Notes: a model not told the origin generated them from the sequence alone. Counted from the first letter of the stretch, positions 16,258 to 25,193 are shown. The stretch: DNA of 32,000 bases from Microcystis aeruginosa NIES-843 (GCF_000010625.1 NC_010296.1:1110001-1142000), one strand, 5' to 3'. Numbers and translations are program-made.

Positions 16258-18156
16258 TTAAACCGATTGCTCTAGCAAAATTGTCTGTTTACCCGATGTT
16301 AATAATAACTGGGTTTGCTTAATTTCTCCCTTGTGGTTACGCCATTGAATGTCAACGGGTAGAGCGGTATTAGGGTCAATTTTGCCTAAACCAAAGTGTA
16401 ATACTGGACTTCTCACGCCAGAATGACCATTGCCCCCATCTACCTGCGCCACCAGCTGACTGCCATCAGGTAGAGACACCTTAACCGCTGCGCCAATTGC
16501 GGGGATACCCATTTTCCCCTTTTCTGAAGAGGGATTAGGGGAGAGCGCAGGGTTTAAAAGCTCTAATTCCAGAGATTGACCGATATTTGGACTATCATTG
16601 CGATAAAAATAAGAGGTTTCCCACTGATTTGCCACTACAAAGTCTAAATCCCCATCTCCATCCACATCGGCGGTGGCAATTCCTCTGGTGACAGAGGGAT
16701 CATCTAAGCTTAATTGCGATGCCAAATCATAGTAACGTCCATCTTTACCCCGCACAAAAAAGGGATTATGTTGATGACCACTTAAATCGTCTCCATCTTG
16801 GAAATGAAACCAACTATTGGGGATTTTCAGGACTTGATCATTACTCATGGCTAACTCATGTAATTCCGGCCAACGATTGATGTCACCCTTACGAAATCCT
16901 GTAGCTTGTAACGCTTCTAACTCCCCATCATTATCAAAATCGCCGAATTTTGTTTCCCAACTCCAGCCACTACGAGAGACTCCCAAGGGTTCGCTTTTAT
17001 CGACATAAGGGGCGATTCCTCGGGACATTTTCTCCGTTTCTCCCGTACTGGTAAAGAGAAAATGACTTTCCTCTAGGGCGTATTCCGAAGCAATATTACT
17101 CACATAGATGTCTAGGAGTCCATCATGGTTAATATCTCCGAAATCTACCCCCATTCCCTTAAAGCTATCATGGCCCAGTACCTTAGAATTGGGTGTCGTT
17201 AAACCTTTTTGCCCTTCCAGTAAGGCAAATTGGAGATGTCCTCTAGTAGAGCGATTATGTAAGAGGCGATCGGGTCCGAAATCATTGGCAAAATAAATCT
17301 CTGGCAATAAATCCCCGTCTAAATCGGCTGTTCCGACGGCCAATGTCCAACCATGAGCAATTTTCTCCTCCAAAGCATCTTGGACTTCTTGATAAGTCAC
17401 TCCAGTGGTAGAGGCATCGGACCACAAGAAAACTCGATTTTTACCGCCATTATAAGCACGGGTCATCGAATCTTGCATTTTCTCGATTTTCTGAGAATTG
17501 ACATCCAAAATCTCGGCATTATCTGGGAAGTAATTGCCAATGATTAAGTCTGGGTGTCCGTCCCCATCTAAATCCGAGAAGGTTGCTGCATTGGTGTACC
17601 ATTTTTCCCTTTTTTGGCTGATTTGCTGCTGAAGATAACCTTGATCTTGCTTGATAAAAGCGATCGGTGTTCGTCCCCAATAATACACTAATAGATCCCT
17701 GAGTCCATCTTCATTGAGATCACTGGGAATACATCCCATCGGGGCCATGGTTTGGTCGTTATAGTCAAAATCGGTGACATTCAGGGTGAAGGGCTGATAA
17801 CGATTGCCCGTACCCGGAACAGGGGAGATAATCACCTGATTGCTTTGGGTTTCTACATGACAGAGATCATTATCCCAGCCATCTCCATCGAGATCCCCCA
17901 GGGCAACTGCCGCCCCAACTGCCGAAATCCAGGCCGAATGACGGCTTAAACTGGGATTTGTCGGTCTTTCTACTTGATAGGGTTGATTTTCTAATTCAGG
18001 TAAGGGAAAACGAGTAAAGGCAAAGCGAGAAGCGATCGCATCTCTTTCGGCCATTGATAGGGCGGGGAGACGGGAAACAGAGAATAAGACTAAAATTAGC
18101 CCCAATGCCAAGATAGACTTACTATGGCGTCGGATGAATTTTTCCAAACGATTCAT
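16258..18156 (-). CDS. FG-GAP/VCBS-repeat protein with C-terminal ASPIC/UnbV domain (CRTAC1 family; UnbV-like)
   Basis: The N-terminal signal/anchor is SILALGLILVLFSVSRLPALS. Repeated DLDGDG.PDL.., DINHDGLLD and DVDGDGDLDFVVAN are FG-GAP-type Ca-binding loops. The C-terminal GGNGHSGVRSPVLHFGLG resembles the ASPIC/UnbV signature. Confidence 0.75.
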   Translation of the reverse strand: MNRLEKFIRRHSKSILALGLILVLFSVSRLPALSMAERDAIASRFAFTRFPLPELENQPYQVERPTNPSLSRHSAWISAVGAAVALGDLDGDGWDNDLCHVETQSNQVIISPVPGTGNRYQPFTLNVTDFDYNDQTMAPMGCIPSDLNEDGLRDLLVYYWGRTPIAFIKQDQGYLQQQISQKREKWYTNAATFSDLDGDGHPDLIIGNYFPDNAEILDVNSQKIEKMQDSMTRAYNGGKNRVFLWSDASTTGVTYQEVQDALEEKIAHGWTLAVGTADLDGDLLPEIYFANDFGPDRLLHNRSTRGHLQFALLEGQKGLTTPNSKVLGHDSFKGMGVDFGDINHDGLLDIYVSNIASEYALEESHFLFTSTGETEKMSRGIAPYVDKSEPLGVSRSGWSWETKFGDFDNDGELEALQATGFRKGDINRWPELHELAMSNDQVLKIPNSWFHFQDGDDLSGHQHNPFFVRGKDGRYYDLASQLSLDDPSVTRGIATADVDGDGDLDFVVANQWETSYFYRNDSPNIGQSLELELLNPALSPNPSSEKGKMGIPAIGAAVKVSLPDGSQLVAQVDGGNGHSGVRSPVLHFGLGKIDPNTALPVDIQWRNHKGEIKQTQLLLTSGKQTILLEQSV

Positions 18157-18207
18157 GGTTTCAAAGAAGTAACTACATTCAATCTAAGCTTAAGACAGTT
18201 GAGGGGA

Positions 18208-19260
18208 TTAGGTGCGAAAATGACTTTGGATGGCTTGTCGCCATTGTTCATAGGCAGGGATTTGGTCGTGGTAATCTAAGCCGATGAGGGTATCATCAGT
18301 GATCTTGGCTGTTTCAGTAATAGCCATTCCACACAAAATTTGACAGGCTATTTCGGTATTTTCCTGGCAGTTTTCGGCTAGTAAACGTGCTTTTGCCGCA
18401 AAAGCTGCTCCCTGGGCTAATTCTGCTCTATAAGGTTCAGCCAGCTGTTTTAAATGTTGAATTTCTTCGGGAGACACTCCCCCCGCATAAGTACAAGCCA
18501 AGCCGATCCCACTCCATAAATGGGGTTGAAGCAGCGGGTCGAATTTTTGGATCTGATCGGCAATTTCGGCAATATTTGCCCCTTTCACAAACCAAAGACT
18601 GCGCCCTAACCCTTGGGCAAAGACAAGACGCGCATAACCCGATAATTCTTGAGGAGACTTTCTCTCTCGGATATACTTAGGCCAGGCAAAGTATCCTTGA
18701 TGAAATCCATAGCCGTCAAGGGCTAACCAACCTAATAGGGAATCTGGAAAATGTTGGGCAGAATCTGCTAATTTTTGGAGATAAAAGCGCAAAGAAAAGG
18801 GAATACGGGCTAATTGCCATCCTTTCCCTACATAGGCCATGTAAATATGCTTTTTCCCCTCGTTTGCTAAAAAATGCTCAAAGCGATCGCACTTACCCAG
18901 GGTTAAACAATCTAGCAGAGATAAAGCCATCGCTGCCCCTTCATAAGCAAATCCTCTCAGATTGAGGGTGACACCTTCAAGAAGAGGAAACAAGTCCGTG
19001 AGAGAATGAGCCATAATTGCTGCATTATAGCCATAGATAAAAGTTTGCCCGATCGTTTCCAAATATATCTGTTTTTGAGGCTGAACAGCCGGGCTGCGGC
19101 TTTGCGGATCACAGATGAATCCACGCTGATTAAAGGTTGCCGCTTGGGGTGAAAGGAGCAACAATCGTTGTGGAAAACGATTTACCTGCCTAGGAGAAAA
19201 TTTGTGATCAAAATTGACAGCAGGATGCTCGAAGGGTGCGCCTGAGAAATTAGATGCCAT
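18208..19260 (-). CDS. DUF1702-family protein (UnbL-like)
   Basis: FNQRGF, LETIGQTFIYGYNAA, LRGFAYEGAAMALSLLD, HIYMAYVGKGW and LDGYGFHQGYF fit my recollection of the DUF1702/UnbL family. The likely start is MASNFSG at 19260, whereas the ORF track extends to 19320. Confidence 0.6.
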   Translation of the reverse strand: MASNFSGAPFEHPAVNFDHKFSPRQVNRFPQRLLLLSPQAATFNQRGFICDPQSRSPAVQPQKQIYLETIGQTFIYGYNAAIMAHSLTDLFPLLEGVTLNLRGFAYEGAAMALSLLDCLTLGKCDRFEHFLANEGKKHIYMAYVGKGWQLARIPFSLRFYLQKLADSAQHFPDSLLGWLALDGYGFHQGYFAWPKYIRERKSPQELSGYARLVFAQGLGRSLWFVKGANIAEIADQIQKFDPLLQPHLWSGIGLACTYAGGVSPEEIQHLKQLAEPYRAELAQGAAFAAKARLLAENCQENTEIACQILCGMAITETAKITDDTLIGLDYHDQIPAYEQWRQAIQSHFRT

Positions 19261-19370
19261 TGTTAAAAAAAGTTGACAAAGTTGACAACCCTTGATGGGA
19301 GGCCGAAGATATGACCTCATGTTACCTTAAACAAAGTTTATTTGATGAATCCTTATCCCTGTTAACAACA
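19261..19370. promoter_or_regulatory. 110-bp divergent control region between the UnbL-like and DevB-like genes
   Basis: A tandem AGTTGACAA x2 places TTGACA at 19273-19278 and 19282-19287, and GAAGAT lies 17 nt after the second. Both start codons sit in the mirrored context AACAATGGC (19256-19264 and 19367-19375). Confidence 0.4.
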
Positions 19371-20678
19371 ATGGCTAACTTTCGCCTTCAAAATTCCTAT
19401 TCTTTAAAATATTGGTTTTGGGGTCTTTTAGGAGCTTTTATGGGATTTAGCTTGGGAACAACCGTTATTATCTTCTATTTTAGACCAGAATCATCCTTGA
19501 AAGCTTCCCAGTTATCGATTTCCCCGACGGTTTCTCCTGATACTCCCGAAGCTGTTGCTGCCCTTGGTTATCTTGAACCCCAAGGTGGAATTACTCAAAT
19601 ATCAGCTACTGCCTTTTTGGAAGGAAGTAGAGTAGATAAAATACTGGTAAAACAGGGAGAAAAAGTTGCAAAAGGCGAAATTATGGCTATTTTAGATAAT
19701 AATGCCCGTTTGCGAGCAGCCCTGAAACAAGCTCAAGCAAATCTGGGTTTAGCAGCATCTAAACTCGAAAAAGTGAGAGAAGGGGCAAAAAAAGGCGAAA
19801 TTATGGCTCAAGATTCCCGTATGCGTCAAAGCAAAGCGGAATTAGAGGGACAAATAATGAGGCAAACAGCAGCGATCTCTAGTTTGGAATCGGAACTTGA
19901 AGGGGAAAAACTAGGACAAAAAGCTACCGTTGAAAGAATTAAAGCAGAATTGAATAATTCTCTCACAGATTGTCAACGTTATCAATCTTTATACCGTAAT
20001 GGTGCAGTTTCTCAAGGGGAAAAAGAGCGATTTTGTTTAGAGGCGACAACTACACAAAAAAGACTCCAAGAAGCTGAGGCTAACTTGCAACGCATTACGA
20101 CTACCTTAGAACAAAAAATTCAGGAAGCCAGAGCCAATCTACAACGAACTCTTAATACTTTAGAACAACAAATTCAAGAAAACCAAGCTATGTTAAGTGC
20201 AGTTACGGAAATTCGTCCTGTTGATCTTCAAATTGCTCAAGATGAAGTAATGACAGCTAAGGCTAATGTAGAACGCGCTCAGGCGGAATTAGAATTATCC
20301 TATGTGCGTGCGCCCCATGCAGGAATAATTTTAAAAATTAATACTTTTCCTGGAGAATTAGTGAAAAATGAAGGGATTTTAGAATTGGGAAACATCCAAA
20401 AAATGTATGTGACAGCAGAAGTGTATGAAACCGATATTAGTCGAGTTAAATTAGGTCAATCTGTAACGATAAAAACCGATAAAATGCTCGGAGATTTAGA
20501 GGGAACTGTGGAAGAAATAGGTTGGAAAGTGGGACGACAAGATGTTTTAGGAACCGATCCTGTTGTCGATACAGATGCTAGAGTCGTCGAGGTAAAAATT
20601 AGCTTAGATCATCGCTCTAGTGCTAAAGTTAATCGGTTAACTAACTTAAAGGTTAATGTGATCATTCATCCTAACTAA
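19371..20678 (+). CDS. DevB-family membrane-fusion protein (HlyD-type ABC exporter adaptor)
   Basis: It has one N-terminal TM helix. VAALGYLEPQGGITQISA..EGSRVDKILVKQGEKVAKGEIMAILDN matches the DevB pattern, followed by a long coiled coil and C-terminal beta domains. The likely start is MANFRLQ at 19371, whereas the ORF track starts at 19311. Confidence 0.75.
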   Translation: MANFRLQNSYSLKYWFWGLLGAFMGFSLGTTVIIFYFRPESSLKASQLSISPTVSPDTPEAVAALGYLEPQGGITQISATAFLEGSRVDKILVKQGEKVAKGEIMAILDNNARLRAALKQAQANLGLAASKLEKVREGAKKGEIMAQDSRMRQSKAELEGQIMRQTAAISSLESELEGEKLGQKATVERIKAELNNSLTDCQRYQSLYRNGAVSQGEKERFCLEATTTQKRLQEAEANLQRITTTLEQKIQEARANLQRTLNTLEQQIQENQAMLSAVTEIRPVDLQIAQDEVMTAKANVERAQAELELSYVRAPHAGIILKINTFPGELVKNEGILELGNIQKMYVTAEVYETDISRVKLGQSVTIKTDKMLGDLEGTVEEIGWKVGRQDVLGTDPVVDTDARVVEVKISLDHRSSAKVNRLTNLKVNVIIHPN

Positions 20679-20694
20679 ATAACTCATTCAGAAG

Positions 20695-21858
20695 ATGAAT
20701 ATTCCCACTGCTTGGTTACAATTAGCTCATAAAAGAACTCGTTTAATTGTTGCACTATCTGGTATTATTTTTTCCACTGTAATTATTTTTATGCAGTTGG
20801 GAATTCGAGATGCTTTATTTGAGAGTGCTGTTCATTTACATAATAGTTTAGAAGGTGATGCTTTCCTGATTAGTCCTCGTTCTACATCCTTAATTGCCAT
20901 GGAAAGTTTTAGTGAGCGAAGACTATTACAAGTCTTATCCTTTAATGAAGTGGAATTAGTCAGTCCAATCTATGTAGGCTATGCTCAATGGAAAAATCCC
21001 GATACAAAAAACTATTGGCGTAATATTTTTGTAATTGGAATTGATTTAAGATATCAAGCATTTAAGGCTGTGGGAATCAAAGAAAATTGGCAAAAATTAA
21101 AGATAAAATATACCACCTTATTTGACCAAAATTCTCGGAGGGAGTTTGGAAATATTACTGAAGATTTCCAGAAGGGTAAAACTATTATTACCGAGGTGGG
21201 AAATTCTGGTAATAATCGAAAAATAGAAGTGGTTGGTCTCTTTGAATTAGGTACATCTTTTGGTTCAGATGGTAACTTACTAATGAGCTACCCTAACTTT
21301 TTAAGAATATTTCAGAATCGTTCATCTCGGTTCATTGATATTGGCTTAATTAAGTTTCAACCAGATATTGATCGGCAATCCTTACTCAAAAAGTTAAAGA
21401 AATATTTGCCGAAAGATGTCAAAATATTAAGCAAGCAAGAGTTTATTAACTTTGAAAAAAATTATTGGGCAACCAGTACAGCTATTGGTTTTATTTTTAA
21501 TTTGGGTGTATTTTTAGGATTAGTGGTCGGGATTGTGGTTGTTTATCAAATTCTTTATACCAATGTTGCAGAACACTTAGCAGAATATGCAACTCTAAAA
21601 GCAATGGGATATCACAATCGTTATCTTCTGTGGCTCGTCTTTCAGCAAGCTCTGATTATTGCAGTATTGGGTTATATTCCTGGCTTTTTATTAGGGATGA
21701 TTCAGTATTATTTTACCCAAAAATACACCTTACTTCCCATTGAAATGACCCCTACTAGAGCAATATTCGTCTTTGGTTTAACCTTGCTCATGTCCTTGAT
21801 TGCTGGAGCCACGGCTATTAATAAGCTCCAATATGCCGATCCTGCCGATATTTTTTAG
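20695..21858 (+). CDS. DevC-family ABC exporter permease (FtsX-like)
   Basis: The N-terminus MNIPTAWLQLAHKRTRLIVALSGIIFSTVIIFMQLG matches the DevC pattern. A large periplasmic loop is followed by three C-terminal TM helices. Confidence 0.75.
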   Translation: MNIPTAWLQLAHKRTRLIVALSGIIFSTVIIFMQLGIRDALFESAVHLHNSLEGDAFLISPRSTSLIAMESFSERRLLQVLSFNEVELVSPIYVGYAQWKNPDTKNYWRNIFVIGIDLRYQAFKAVGIKENWQKLKIKYTTLFDQNSRREFGNITEDFQKGKTIITEVGNSGNNRKIEVVGLFELGTSFGSDGNLLMSYPNFLRIFQNRSSRFIDIGLIKFQPDIDRQSLLKKLKKYLPKDVKILSKQEFINFEKNYWATSTAIGFIFNLGVFLGLVVGIVVVYQILYTNVAEHLAEYATLKAMGYHNRYLLWLVFQQALIIAVLGYIPGFLLGMIQYYFTQKYTLLPIEMTPTRAIFVFGLTLLMSLIAGATAINKLQYADPADIF

Positions 21859-22052
21859 AGTATGTTTGAAAAGGTTTACGGGTAGTGTGGTCATCTAGGC
21901 CAGCCGCCTCAACAGGAGTCGGCTCATGCTGGGATAAATGAAAGCGGCGGAAGTTTCGGGTTAAGCTCATTTAAACCACTAATTGGCTATAACCAGTCTA
22001 GGAGAGTCATTTTTTATCGGTTATTTTTATCTCACATTCCTCGGGTTATCTT

Positions 22053-22484
22053 TTAGATCGGGATGTGATAGTTTTCTAAAGCTAATTTCAGTTGAGCAGG
22101 AATTGGAGTGGGTCTGGTTTCACTATCCTCTCGTCGCATACAGGCCGTCTGTTGTTCCCCTTTTGCTACTAATTCTTCACCTTCATCAGTCACTCGCCAA
22201 TATTCAAATAACATGGTAATTCGGTTTTGTTTAATCTCTCCTAAACGCATCCGAATAATAACATGATCAAAGGCAAATAATTCGGACAGATACTCACAGG
22301 ATACTCGAACCGTTACTAAGGCTAATCCTTGGCATAATTCTGTGATAATATCTGGGGCATTATCTTTGAGAAACATTTCTCGACAACGACCTTGCCATTG
22401 CACATAATTGGCATAATAAACATTACCGACTAAATTGGTTTCTTGAAAACTGACAATGTGATGATATTCGTAGGCTTTCATCAT
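22053..22484 (-). CDS. Hotdog-fold 4HBT-type thioesterase (TEBC / enediyne-PKS-associated type)
   Basis: The 143-aa product has YHHIVSFQETNLVGNVYYANYVQWQGRCREMFL, which is typical of 4-hydroxybenzoyl-CoA-thioesterase-like hotdog proteins. Its size matches the thioesterases partnered with PKSE. Confidence 0.7.
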   Translation of the reverse strand: MMKAYEYHHIVSFQETNLVGNVYYANYVQWQGRCREMFLKDNAPDIITELCQGLALVTVRVSCEYLSELFAFDHVIIRMRLGEIKQNRITMLFEYWRVTDEGEELVAKGEQQTACMRREDSETRPTPIPAQLKLALENYHIPI

Positions 22485-22787
22485 GATTATTTAGCGATTT
22501 TTCGAGATTAACAACGGTTTTAAAAGAACGCTATTGACAATTGACCAATTTTGTCAGCTGCTTGTCCTCTTATTTGGTCGATTGTTGCTTAACAACTGCG
22601 ATGGCAAATTCTACTCAAATATGTCTAAACCGCGCTCTGGGTAGGCAACCCATATAAAGTTCATTTTGTCAAGGATTGTTAAGATGCGCTTACCCTGAGG
22701 GGCATAAAGTAGGAATTTTAAGATGATCATAGGTTATCCTGATAATGATAAACTAAACACAGGTTTTTTATTTTCTGATTATAACTC

Positions 22788-23171
22788 ATGAATCAGCCGT
22801 TAACTCGTTTTTCTCAAGAATGGTGGTCTGCCTATCAAACGACATGGAACGAACAAGAAAACTTAGGTAAAAAGTTCACTAAATTGGGAAAAGTAATTCT
22901 TTGGTTTAGTGATCGTCAGGGGGTTTCTGTTTGTTCAGAATGGGATGATCAGGGTCAGATTGTTAGTTTAGAACTGATTGAAGAAATGGATGAATCTTTA
23001 CCGATTTTTTCAGCAACTAGAGAAAATTGGGAACGATTTGTTAATCAAGAAATTGGTGCAGTTAAAGCGGTAATGACAGGGTTAATTGATTATCGAGGAT
23101 CGATGACGATTATTGTTAAATATGGTCGTCACTTTGATTGTCTAGCAGAAGTAGCTCAAAAAGTCAATTAG
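22788..23171 (+). CDS. SCP2 (sterol/lipid carrier)-like domain protein
   Basis: The 127-aa product has ATRENWERFVNQEIGAVKAVMTGLIDYRGSMTIIVKYGRHF, which follows the C-terminal SCP2 pattern (A..A.m.Gkl...Gdm....k). Confidence 0.5.
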   Translation: MNQPLTRFSQEWWSAYQTTWNEQENLGKKFTKLGKVILWFSDRQGVSVCSEWDDQGQIVSLELIEEMDESLPIFSATRENWERFVNQEIGAVKAVMTGLIDYRGSMTIIVKYGRHFDCLAEVAQKVN

Positions 23172-23183
23172 TTATTTTACCTC

Positions 23184-23597
23184 CTAATTTCTCAGTAGTG
23201 CATTAAATCCTTCTTGTTGAAAATGGCGATCAAAAGTTAAAACATCGGAGATATTTTGTTGTCTCATAATCAACATCGAAGCACAATCTGTTAAGCTATA
23301 GCTTTTATCTTGTCTTTGGCGATACAATAGCAATGCTTCAGCAAATAACTGAGAGGTTTGAGGGATAATTTCTACTGATGAGTCTTGGTGTAATTTATCC
23401 ACAATGTCTAGGGCAGCATCCCTTAAATACCCACCCCTTCCAGATAAGGCATTGAGTAGTTCAGTTAACACCATTTCGCTAGTAACAGATAGAAAATTAC
23501 CTAAATTGTCAGTCATATTCAAAGCAATTTGATGAGCGTTATCTTGATAATCAGCTAATGCTTGAAGATAGAAGGTATCTAAAAAAATCTTTCTCAT
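23184..23597 (-). CDS. vapC: PIN-domain toxin (VapC-like)
   Basis: The acidic residues are in PIN positions: IFLDT, TSEMVLTEL, SLTDCAS and TFDRHF. There is a 4-nt ATGA overlap with the upstream small gene. Confidence 0.75.
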   Translation of the reverse strand: MRKIFLDTFYLQALADYQDNAHQIALNMTDNLGNFLSVTSEMVLTELLNALSGRGGYLRDAALDIVDKLHQDSSVEIIPQTSQLFAEALLLYRQRQDKSYSLTDCASMLIMRQQNISDVLTFDRHFQQEGFNALLRN

Positions 23598-23806
23598 TCT
23601 TCCTCGTAATCTTCGTCTCTGGGTGCGCCATACATATAATGCTCTGCATTGCGAGCAAAATCTTTAGGTAATTTGTTCCACTCTTCAATGGGAACTTTTT
23701 CACCAATTTCCACAATGGCTTTCCAAAAGGGTTTGTGGTTAGCGGTTTCTAAGGAAGAAGTATCACTATTTTCGCAGGGGATAGGAGTAGGGTTAGAATT
23801 GTCCAT
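23594..23806 (-). CDS. Antitoxin partner of the PIN toxin
   Basis: The 70-aa acidic protein is translationally coupled to the PIN gene. PFWKAIVEIGEKVPIEEWNKLPKDFARNAEHYMYGAP resembles cyanobacterial VapB-like partners. Confidence 0.6.
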   Translation of the reverse strand: MDNSNPTPIPCENSDTSSLETANHKPFWKAIVEIGEKVPIEEWNKLPKDFARNAEHYMYGAPRDEDYEEE

Positions 23807-23860
23807 TGTTTTTGAAAGATTAGGATATTATTTATTATATAGCAATTAGGTGGGAAAGGC

Positions 23861-24802
23861 ATGGCTGAGGTGACAGCTAATTACGACAAAACATGGAAAG
23901 AAGCGATTAGCACTTATTTGGCAGAGTTCTTAAGCTTCTTTTATCCCAATATTTATCAAGAAATTGACTGGAATCAAACCCCTATTTCCCTTGATAAAGA
24001 ATTAGAAAAAATTACGGCAGCTGCGGAAACTGAGCAACGCTATGCTGATAAATTATTGAAAGTTTGGTTATTAGATAATCAGGAAATCTGGCTTTTAATT
24101 CATATTGAAGTCCAAAGTCAATATGATCTAAAATTCCCTCAACGAATGTTTATTTATAATTATCGAGCCTTTGATTTGTACCATAAACCCGTTATTAGTT
24201 TAGCTATTTTAGGGGATGAAAGTAGGTCTTGGCGACCGGATTTTTATCAATATGGGTTAGGGGGAAGTCAAGTGAGAGTCGATTTTTTAATGGTCAAATT
24301 ATTGGATTATCAATGGGAAGACTTAGAACAAAGTGAGAATATTTGGGCTATAATAGTCATGGCACACCTAAAAACTAAGGCTACGACTAATAATCTCAGG
24401 GAGCGTGAACAATGGAAGTGGAACTTAGTCAGAGGTTTATATCAAAGGGGATTAACCAAGTTTGAGATTATCAATCTAGGGAAATTCATTGATAAAATGA
24501 TGACCTTACCCCCGCAACTTCAACTTAACTTTAAAACAAAACTCAGTCAATACGAGGAGGAAAACAAAATGCCTTTTTTAAGCACCATAGAAGAAATGGC
24601 TCTCGAAGAAGGAGCTAAATTAACTAGCCAAAAGTATATTATTTTAGCTTTACAAAGTCGTTTTGGGGAGATTCCTAATTCCCTGATTGAAACGATTAAC
24701 CAAATTGAGGATGTGTCTGTCTTAGAGAGTCTTTTTGTTCCCAGTATTACTATTAATTCATTGGAGGAATTTCAACATTTAGTTAATGACTCTTTATCTT
24801 AA
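23861..24802 (+). CDS. Rpn-family recombination-promoting nuclease / putative transposase (PD-(D/E)xK core + C-terminal DUF4351)
   Basis: WKEAISTYLAEFLSFFYP..IDW...LDKELEKI....RYADKLLKVWLLDNQEIWLLIHIEVQ matches the cyanobacterial Rpn/YhgA-like pattern. The C-terminal ~77 aa is the duplicated DUF4351-like module. Confidence 0.65.
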   Translation: MAEVTANYDKTWKEAISTYLAEFLSFFYPNIYQEIDWNQTPISLDKELEKITAAAETEQRYADKLLKVWLLDNQEIWLLIHIEVQSQYDLKFPQRMFIYNYRAFDLYHKPVISLAILGDESRSWRPDFYQYGLGGSQVRVDFLMVKLLDYQWEDLEQSENIWAIIVMAHLKTKATTNNLREREQWKWNLVRGLYQRGLTKFEIINLGKFIDKMMTLPPQLQLNFKTKLSQYEEENKMPFLSTIEEMALEEGAKLTSQKYIILALQSRFGEIPNSLIETINQIEDVSVLESLFVPSITINSLEEFQHLVNDSLS

Positions 24803-25096
24803 TTAATACGAGGAGGAGAGCAATCATGCCTTTTTTAAGCACCATAGAAGAAATGGCTCTCGAAGAAGGAGCTAAATTAACTAACCAAAAACATATCATT
24901 TTGGCTTTACAAAGTCGTTTTGGGGAGATTCCTAATTCCCTGATTGAAACGATTAACCAAATTGAGGATGTGTCTGTCTTAGAGGGTCTTTTTGTCCCCA
25001 GTATTACTATTAATTCATTGGGGGAATTTCAACAGCTAGTTAATGACTCTTTATCTTAATTAATACGAGGAGGAGAGCAATCATGCCTTTTTTAAG
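24551..25096 (+). repeat. Tandem duplication, unit ~257 bp (2 full units + 33-bp third start)
   Basis: TACGAGGAGG...ATGCCTTTTTTAAG restarts at 24551, 24807 and 25064, with the ATGs at 24569, 24826 and 25083. Confidence 0.9.
24826..25059 (+). CDS. Stand-alone DUF4351-like domain protein created by tandem duplication
   Basis: Its 77 aa are ~92% identical to the last 77 aa of the preceding gene. It carries its own GAGGAGG about 10 nt upstream of the ATG. Confidence 0.55.
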   Translation: MPFLSTIEEMALEEGAKLTNQKHIILALQSRFGEIPNSLIETINQIEDVSVLEGLFVPSITINSLGEFQQLVNDSLS

Positions 25097-25136
25097 GACT
25101 AGAGACAACTTTTCAGCACAATTAACTAGAAGGATA

Positions 25137-25156
25137 GGGTAAATACTCATTTACCC
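25137..25156. terminator. Hairpin GGGTAAA-N6-TTTACCC between convergent genes
   Basis: The 7-bp stem is followed on the + strand by CCATTTTCC. It sits between the Rpn repeat array and the end of the His-box gene. Confidence 0.3.
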
Positions 25157-25193
25157 CCATTTTCCTAATACTTTCTTTAACTTTGGCTGAAAT

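Noticed and set aside
21859-22052. Search for a devA (ABC ATPase) remnant after devC, including the mini-ORF ATGTTTGAAAAGGTTTACGGGTAG.
   Set aside because: There is no Walker A or ABC signature in any frame that I could read, and the mini-ORF is only 7 codons long. I cannot distinguish a deletion scar from ordinary spacer DNA.
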